Below are positions 56,849 through 64,000 of a stretch of DNA of 64,000 nucleotides, piece after piece. The translations under genes were made by a program, and so were the position numbers. This stretch comes from Yuukianura sp. NJ FZ-2021 (taxonomy: Eukaryota), in NCBI GenBank assembly GCA_046563655.1, contig CM102285.1, forward strand, positions 4,216,001 through 4,280,000, in the 5' to 3' direction. The notes under the pieces were generated by a model. The model was not told the origin of the DNA. It worked only from the letters and a program-made list of their open reading frames with translations, and made no database searches. Position 1 is the first letter of the stretch; every line of letters begins with the position of its first letter.

Positions 56849-57619
56849 GTTAATTTTTTTTTATTTTTGAATTTTTAAATATTTAGTTTACTAATAAAAC
56901 TATACCGATGCAGTGAATTTTAATTCCACAGATTAGAGGAAAACGAGAGAATAAAATTTTTGGCTTCCTAATTCAAGAAATGTAATGTTGCATTTCTTCG
57001 TTTTACTTGTTTTGTAAACGATTACGCTAAAAATTAAATTTAACACGAGTTTTATTCATTTATTTTCAGATACCGAAACATTGAGGTTCATATTAATTTA
57101 TTTTATTTCTGTTTTACTTTTAAGTTATGCGGACGTGGCTATATATTTGATGAAATTTTTTTTGCAAATTTTGTTTTCTTGATGTTCTAATTTTATTGGC
57201 TAGTGGTTTGGCTACTGAAATTCTGATTTAAAAAATTTCCAATCCTATCAGTAAAGTGACAAAGAGATGATGTAAGGTGGGCTGGCTACTGCCTCCGATA
57301 TCGATTAAAAATTCTTATTGATTTGTTCATGTACTATGTAGGTATTTACGTTTTGCCCAACAACGTGTTTCCGCCAATCCCTCGTGACGTGGGTGTGGTA
57401 AAATATTTTTGTGTGGCACCTTGCACGGGTTAATTTCTCAAAACTAATATTTTATCAACAAAAAATATTGGCAGGACATGACGAAGCGACGAAAACTGCG
57501 AGATGGGTAGATGTGGATTCGTCTGGACAAGCTGAATTCGTGTAAGTTCAAAATTTACTATTTTTGAAATAATACGGACTCAGTTTATTTTTGAATTGAT
57601 TTGTACTTTATTTTAGGCA

Positions 57620-58570
57620 ATGAAGCTCTCCAAAAATGTAACGCTGGTGAGATTACGTCGCTTGAGTCTTGGAATCTTGATTGTTATCTGCATTGGTACT
57701 TGGATCATATATTCCCGTCAAGTGAATCGCTTTGCAGTGGACAAAAACATTGACGTGTCCAAATACACGCTGGATGGACAGATTCTAAACATTCCGTCGT
57801 GGATCTTCGAGGGGCGTTGGGGAATCTCGAAGCTTAAAATTGATCTCACGGAGGAGGATTTTAAAATCCAGGCAGGAGCAGCTGATAAAGAAGAAGAATA
57901 CTCCTGGAGAAACTTCTTCAGCGATACAACCAATGGACTGATGCTGGAACTTGGAGCTGTTGATGGAAAAATGTACAGCGTTAGCAAGTTTTATGAAGAA
58001 AAGGCAGGATGGAAATCGATTCTGATTGAAGCAAGTCCAGAAGCACGGAAAATCCCGAAGAATCGTCCGAACGCTCTCAGTTTTCAGCTAGCAATATGTG
58101 AGAAGAGGTCCATAATCCACTTTGCGCATGGACAAGAAGTCGGTGGAATTCTGGAATTCATGTCACCAGAGTTCGTTCGAGAGTTCCATTCTTCACTGCT
58201 AAAGGACAACTTGGGACCAAGTGACACTAAAGTGGTTGACATGGTGGATTGGGACAAAGTACGCGATTCGGTTCAAGTCGCTGAACAACCTTGCCTTACT
58301 CTGCAAAGTGTCTTGGATCGCTTTCTAATAACACATATTAATTTTATGGTTCTGGATCTCGAAGGAGGGGAGTTGTCTGCCCTTAAATCACTGGATTTCA
58401 GTAAGATTAAATTTGATGTAATGTGCGTAGAAACAAATCGATTTGGTAATGCAAATGATCCGTACATTGATCAAGTTGTAAAATACCTTACAGGGAAAGG
58501 TTACAAGTTATTCGACCGAATAAGCGGACGAAATTCTTGGTTTGTTTCTCCAGCTTGGCAGAAACCGTAA
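57620..58570 (+). CDS. Type II membrane FkbM/Methyltransf_21-family protein (Star-like)
   Basis: N-terminal TM; GLMLELGAVDG..YSVS..YE...GWKSILIEASP; CLTLQSVL; HINFMVLDLEGGELSALKSLDF...FDVMCVE; uninterrupted CDS. Confidence 0.85.
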   Translation: MKLSKNVTLVRLRRLSLGILIVICIGTWIIYSRQVNRFAVDKNIDVSKYTLDGQILNIPSWIFEGRWGISKLKIDLTEEDFKIQAGAADKEEEYSWRNFFSDTTNGLMLELGAVDGKMYSVSKFYEEKAGWKSILIEASPEARKIPKNRPNALSFQLAICEKRSIIHFAHGQEVGGILEFMSPEFVREFHSSLLKDNLGPSDTKVVDMVDWDKVRDSVQVAEQPCLTLQSVLDRFLITHINFMVLDLEGGELSALKSLDFSKIKFDVMCVETNRFGNANDPYIDQVVKYLTGKGYKLFDRISGRNSWFVSPAWQKP

Positions 58571-59286
58571 TTCTGTTTTTCAAAATTTGGTTTAATAACT
58601 TTAACTCACATTTGCACAGAACTTATCATGTAACTTTGTATTATTTTAAGGAAAATGAGTATTATGTTGAAACTATGCACATTCCATTCCAAGACTTAAT
58701 TTCACAAAGTAGATTTTAAACTTTGTTAAATTTGAGCAAAATGGGTAGGAATTGTTGTTATTTGTTATGTTTTAGATAACCTAAGAAATGGGGCTCAAAC
58801 ATTAGTTTGGTTACCGGTGCAATTTTTTTGAAATGTTCCTGGAACTTATGTTTTAGAGATTTTGCATCCATTGAAATCAGAATTCGAGAGTTGGTTGCGC
58901 AGAGATTAACTGAAATTGTGCTTTGTTAGTTGACATTACGCTCGTACTAAACATAAATCAAGAAATCTTTCTCACGAAGCGCCTTTTTAGTGATGTTAAT
59001 ATAAGCAGTGCTAGTGCATTGTTTTGTCCAAGTATTTTTGAAACGATCTGAGATTTTTGAAAAAGCTTTGAAATTTTTAAACATTGTACTTCAATAATAA
59101 TTTGTTGTAGTGGTAATAAAGTAACGTAAACTGAAAAATAATAAAATGACAGTCCAAATACAATGTGTTATGTATTCGAAAAACTATTTTTCTCCGTTTA
59201 CAAAACATAGGCAATTCATTTTACTTTTCAATGGAAACTCAAGGTGGCATTAGAATGAACTTTTGTTGAAATTGGTTGTGCTGAAT

Positions 59287-62200
59287 AGGGACCCTTAAGG
59301 ACCCCTATCCGTTTTCAGCTACGCCCATTTCATGTAACATTACAGATGTAATAGAAGCAAGAAGGGATCTGCGTTTTGTATAGCTTTAAGGTAAGGTTAG
59401 TTTCCATCAGTGCCTGGAGAGATGAGGTCATGAGGCCCTTAGACTCATCAATCGTCGGCACAGTTTTTGCCCTGGCCCTGCCCAAGGACAAACGCAGGGG
59501 CCCTTCTCCAGTTTCTGTTCAAAAATAAGGCCCTCCTTGTACTTAAAATCCATTGATTCATGGAAACACTTGAGAAACGGCATTCCTACTTAATGGTACG
59601 GAGGGACTTTGAAGGGGGCCTTACAACAACCTGCTCAGCACATTCGGAATCCCTTAAGGCCCCTTCATACCAGATGCTCAGCCAACATCATCTCATGTAT
59701 CGATCTCCCGTATTTCGGCTTTTCTTTTTACAAAACCTGAAATTGTATTTTGAAAATATGTTCAATTTTAAAGATCTGTTCATTAAGAGCAATTCAGATG
59801 GCCTTAGGAATTTCAATTTGAATTGATGCTGGACATAACCCGATGATCGATTTCACAAACTGGTTTTGATTCCCAGTTGCTGCAAAGTGCTGACGGATGT
59901 GCAAGTTCAAGGGTCACCCAATTTTTAAAAGTACGAAAAAACAAAAAGACACAGTAACCTAGAAACAAATGACGCTGAATCTGCAATGTTGCAGATTCGA
60001 CAAATTAATTTGCAGCAGTGTCGTATTTAATGTCAAATCTTGCTAACGTAATGACAATGAAACAAAAAATATAGAGGCCTCATTTGGCATGGAAGCCACG
60101 AGTTTGATATTACTACAATAGGTATGACGCAGGCAGGCGTCTAACAGTTTTATTGTTTTGCTCTTGACCTTTAACTGTGTCAAGTTGTTGATTGCAACAA
60201 TTAACCTTTGATTTTATGCTAAACCAAGCTAAAATGAATGCGGAGTCAAGGTCAATTTTAACTCCAATGAACTGAAAATCTTGGAAAATACGAAGCTCCC
60301 ACAAAGATTTCGGGCAAACTGGAATTCAAAATTGAGCATTCAACAAAAATTTGTAATGCTAAGAGTCACATATCTGTTAAAGTAAAAACTATTTTCCGTT
60401 AAATCATGTGAAACGTTGTGCAATATCATACTAAACCCAGGGTTATGTATGAGATGAAATTGACACGGTTTTAAAAAGAAGTTTTCGCAACGTTTAAAAC
60501 GTGACGCACTTCGTATTTTTTTAATTTGTATTTTTCACACTTTATTTACAAAAATTTTTTGTACTAGTGTACAATTTGCACTGCTCAATCAATCGTTTTT
60601 CCATTTGCTTTTAACTTGATTGAAGTTAGTGCTAAAATTGTCAATTAAAAACTTTTCATCAGATGAACTTTTTGTGCTTATGGCGTTTGTAAGCAGTAAG
60701 GATAGCATGGCCCGACTTGGGAATTACAGAATAAGCAACTTTTTAATCTTGAACCAAAACCGAAACTTCCTTCCTCAAGATTAAATTAAAACTTAAAGCC
60801 AAAGTTAACCGTAGTTATTTTAACTAAGGATTTAAAAATTAGAGTCAGACTAACTGAACTTTAAAACCTAATCTCTGTCTAGAACTAATGGGACAGAAAC
60901 AGTGCTTTTGAGGTTTAGTTTCCTTCCTCCCGCGATGTCCATTGCTTGTCCTTATGAAAACCAGTCCACGATCAAAGGTGATGCGATATAGAAAGTAAAC
61001 TGACAACTAATTATAATTGTGTTGAGAGCAATTACCACAGTGAGAAAAATAATAAAAAACCGCAGAATAATAAAAGCTATGAAGTCAAGTGGTAACCGTG
61101 CACCAGATTTGCCTTTTGCAGTAGTTTGTCCAGACATGATCAACAATGGAGTTCATGTTCCATGGTTGCAAAAAATCGCCTTTTAGTTAATTTTTGCAAG
61201 ACGCCGTCTGGAAAACAACAAAATCCAAATGCTCTGTCATCTCCCAAATGACTCAATTTTTATTTACAAAGAAAATAAATGGGAATTGCAAAATTGCGAA
61301 TTTCATATACCTCACCTGTCGTCCATTCATTTGCGAGTTGGCTCGTCAACCTTGAACTCAAGTAGGGTAGTCATTCATTTTCCACGGAGGCAAAACCATG
61401 TAATTACATAACACGACTATCTCGATGAAACGAGCTCACTCATTGTCAAATTTGAAGTTTATTAAGTTTTGAAAACTGAAAAATTACGTTTTTTGTGCAA
61501 TATTTTAAAATTTGGAGAAAAAAAAACAAAGACATGGCGGCGGTTTGTAAAATGCGGCATTTTGCAACACACCAAAAGAAATCACAAAATAATTAATCTA
61601 AAAAAACTCAAAATCTGAGTTATTTATTATGTATTGACTTTTTTCGCTGAGATTCAAAAGCTTCAGTATTGAATCGAATTCGTTTAGGCAATCACAGTTT
61701 AGTAAAATTTTAGCGTACAAAAATCAGAATTTCAGTCGCCAAAATTGTTTTTTTTAACTTTTTGGATATGTAGTTGTTCGTATGTAATGGTAGTGGTCAT
61801 TTGCCTTATTTTTAGTAGAAATTCCAGAGGGATGATGTGTTAGTGTGTGAATTATTAAGAATTTCAAAAGAATCAGAACTGGAAATCATCAATTCAATTT
61901 GCTTCTCCTCGCTACCACGCCCCCCTTCCCTCCGACATATTTCTCACACTTTTTTTTTCCTTACAAATTTTTCGGCAAGATGCACCACAGGAATATCTTG
62001 TTAATCTTCTTGAAGGAAAATTCCTAAGTCAGATCTACCGCAATTCACAGACTAATTCCAATTGCTCAAAAACTGAAAGTTGTTACGGAGTACGAGGTAT
62101 CCTAAAGGAGCCCATGAATCATATTCATTCAATTTTTCCTTCTTATGGTTCTAAACCAACCCTAACATTTCTTCTTCACTTTGGAATACCAAGGAGAACT

Positions 62201-63190
62201 GGATCTGTATGATTTCAATTCAACTAGGTTGAGGCAGGTGATAATGGTAATTAATCTTTATTCAGGTGAGTAAACGAATCCCACACAATGTCCACTGGAT
62301 CCAATGTACCCTTAACATATCAGTGACTGGCTCTCCTTGGAAGGAGACAAACAAAATATAGGCGGCAATTCAAGAAACGATTATCTAATCTTCAAGATGT
62401 TTTTCAAGGCTTCTCGAGCGTCCCTTAAGGATCATCTTCAAGATTCAGACTGTTCGGAAATCTGGGGCCCTTCAATTGTTCCGTTGTATCGACAAAAAAT
62501 TCTGATTCAAAAAACAAATTTCAAAGTGTGTAAATAACCGACTTTTTGCCTCTCATCCCTTCCCTCCAGAAGAAGATCAATTGAAGTCTATGGATCCTGG
62601 ACAAGCAACTTACAGTATGAGATACGTCGTACAAGAATGGGAAATTGATGAGAAATGCCATCTGAATCGTGACATAATTTTCCGCCTCTGGGGCCTTAAG
62701 GGCTCCTACATAGCAGCTCTGCCTTCTGGACTCGAGCCCTTAAAATCGCTTTTAGACAATACTTTACCCCTTTCTGTGGTTGGCCATGGGGGTGTTTTTA
62801 TTATTTTTTATTAGACTCTCTTGTACTATCATTGAAGCTCGGCAGAATGTACTTTATGATTGCAGCTTCAAAGTAGAAGTAGGAAAGGGGCTTCAGAGGG
62901 CCCTTAAGTCCCCATTCTTGTTTTTGCTCAAAAAGGTGTGTCAGTTCCTGCCGCTGGCCAAGTCCTTGGCCTTCCTTTCCCTTCTCAACAGTAATAATAG
63001 CCCATTTGCCCATTGCTCCAGAACACAAAAAAAAAGTTTGAAGGCCCTTGACAACACTGTAAGGGATAACTGTAAGGGGGCCCTGTGAATTCAAAACTTC
63101 AGAAAATAACAAATTAAGAGGCAAGGTTTTTGAACTGAAAATGAATGCAATTAATAACGGGCCCTTGAAGAAATGCCACTATAGACCCTT
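59287..63190. repeat. Two clusters of dispersed GGGCCCTT/AAGGGCCC-like motifs (59287-59670 and 62420-63190)
   Basis: More than ten copies of a GC-rich short motif in both orientations within AT-rich DNA. Confidence 0.4.
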
Positions 63191-64000
63191 AAATTTTGAA
63201 TGGGTGCTTGGAAATCAAAAATAAGTTTAAGAAAACTTGAAATTTCGAGAGTTGGTTTGGTTATGATTGCAAAATGGTAAGCAAATACAAAACGAAAAAT
63301 ATAATAAGGTTTATAATAAGGTTTGGTTGATATCCTTTCATTTCCTTAAATGAAAATCAATTATGATTCAATTATGAGATCCTCATTTGTGAATATTCCT
63401 GAGATTTTTTTTTTTTTTGGAAAAACTTGAGTTCAAACAAAAGTTCAAACATTTTGAAAATTTTGATTTATATTTTTTTTTCTGGCGAAACTTTTTTCAA
63501 AGAGGGAAGGTTGCGTAACTAGAATTCGATACAACGCTGAACTCAGAAGCTCGCCCATTGTGTGTTGAATTTTTTGTTGAATTTGCAAGCGATACGGCAG
63601 ATGTTGGATTCGAAATTTTTTGAAAAGTCAGCTTTTCAGCGCGGTTGCATGTGGAGTATGAAAATGCTTAATACAGTCGGGGAGCTTTTGGAATAATATC
63701 GTACAAAGGAAAAGCTGAAAATCATCCATCCGAAATACTTTGCCCCAAGCCTCAATTTCCGCCTAATAGATGCGAGTTAAGTCCAGGCTGACGATTATGC
63801 TGCAACAACTTATTCATAATTAGCCACTTTGATTACAGAGCTGGGCAGGTAGAGTAAAACCACAGAAAATCATCAGCAGCAGAGCATGACATTGATTTGG
63901 AAACGCAACAGCACAAATGGCAGTCCTCCAACTGTCAAAATTCCAAGAAACTTTTTCGCATTTTTTCTTTAAGTTTTTCCAGTTTTTTTGTTTTTGTTTA

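Noticed and set aside
59830..61400. Short minus-strand ORFs including a hydrophobic 64-aa ORF
   Set aside because: Could not build a spliced gene model or find family motifs

Overview
AT-rich, intron-containing eukaryotic DNA with short GT-AG introns. The gene content suggests a non-insect hexapod or similar arthropod (Collembola is an inference only). Host genes: a vasopressin/oxytocin (inotocin)-type GPCR, two divergent 7TM chemoreceptor-like genes, a plexin-A-like gene, mitochondrial RpL13, mitochondrial LeuRS, gamma-glutamylcyclotransferase, tRNA-His(GTG), an FkbM/Methyltransf_21 protein, a DxD glycosyltransferase-like protein and a Fem-1-like pseudogene. Mobile DNA: a decayed ~9 kb Maverick/Polinton with a nested LTR, a 1.9 kb long-TIR element carrying Polinton-like ATPase and protease remnants, and several MITEs. 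Three features stand out: (1) an intact, intron-bearing U-box-vWA-Hint (Vint-type) gene in an animal genome; (2) a plexin whose spliced frame stops just before the transmembrane helix, predicting a secreted ectodomain-only protein; (3) an intron-bearing, secreted Streptomyces-subtilisin-inhibitor-family gene. All family assignments come from reading motifs by eye; no searches were run.
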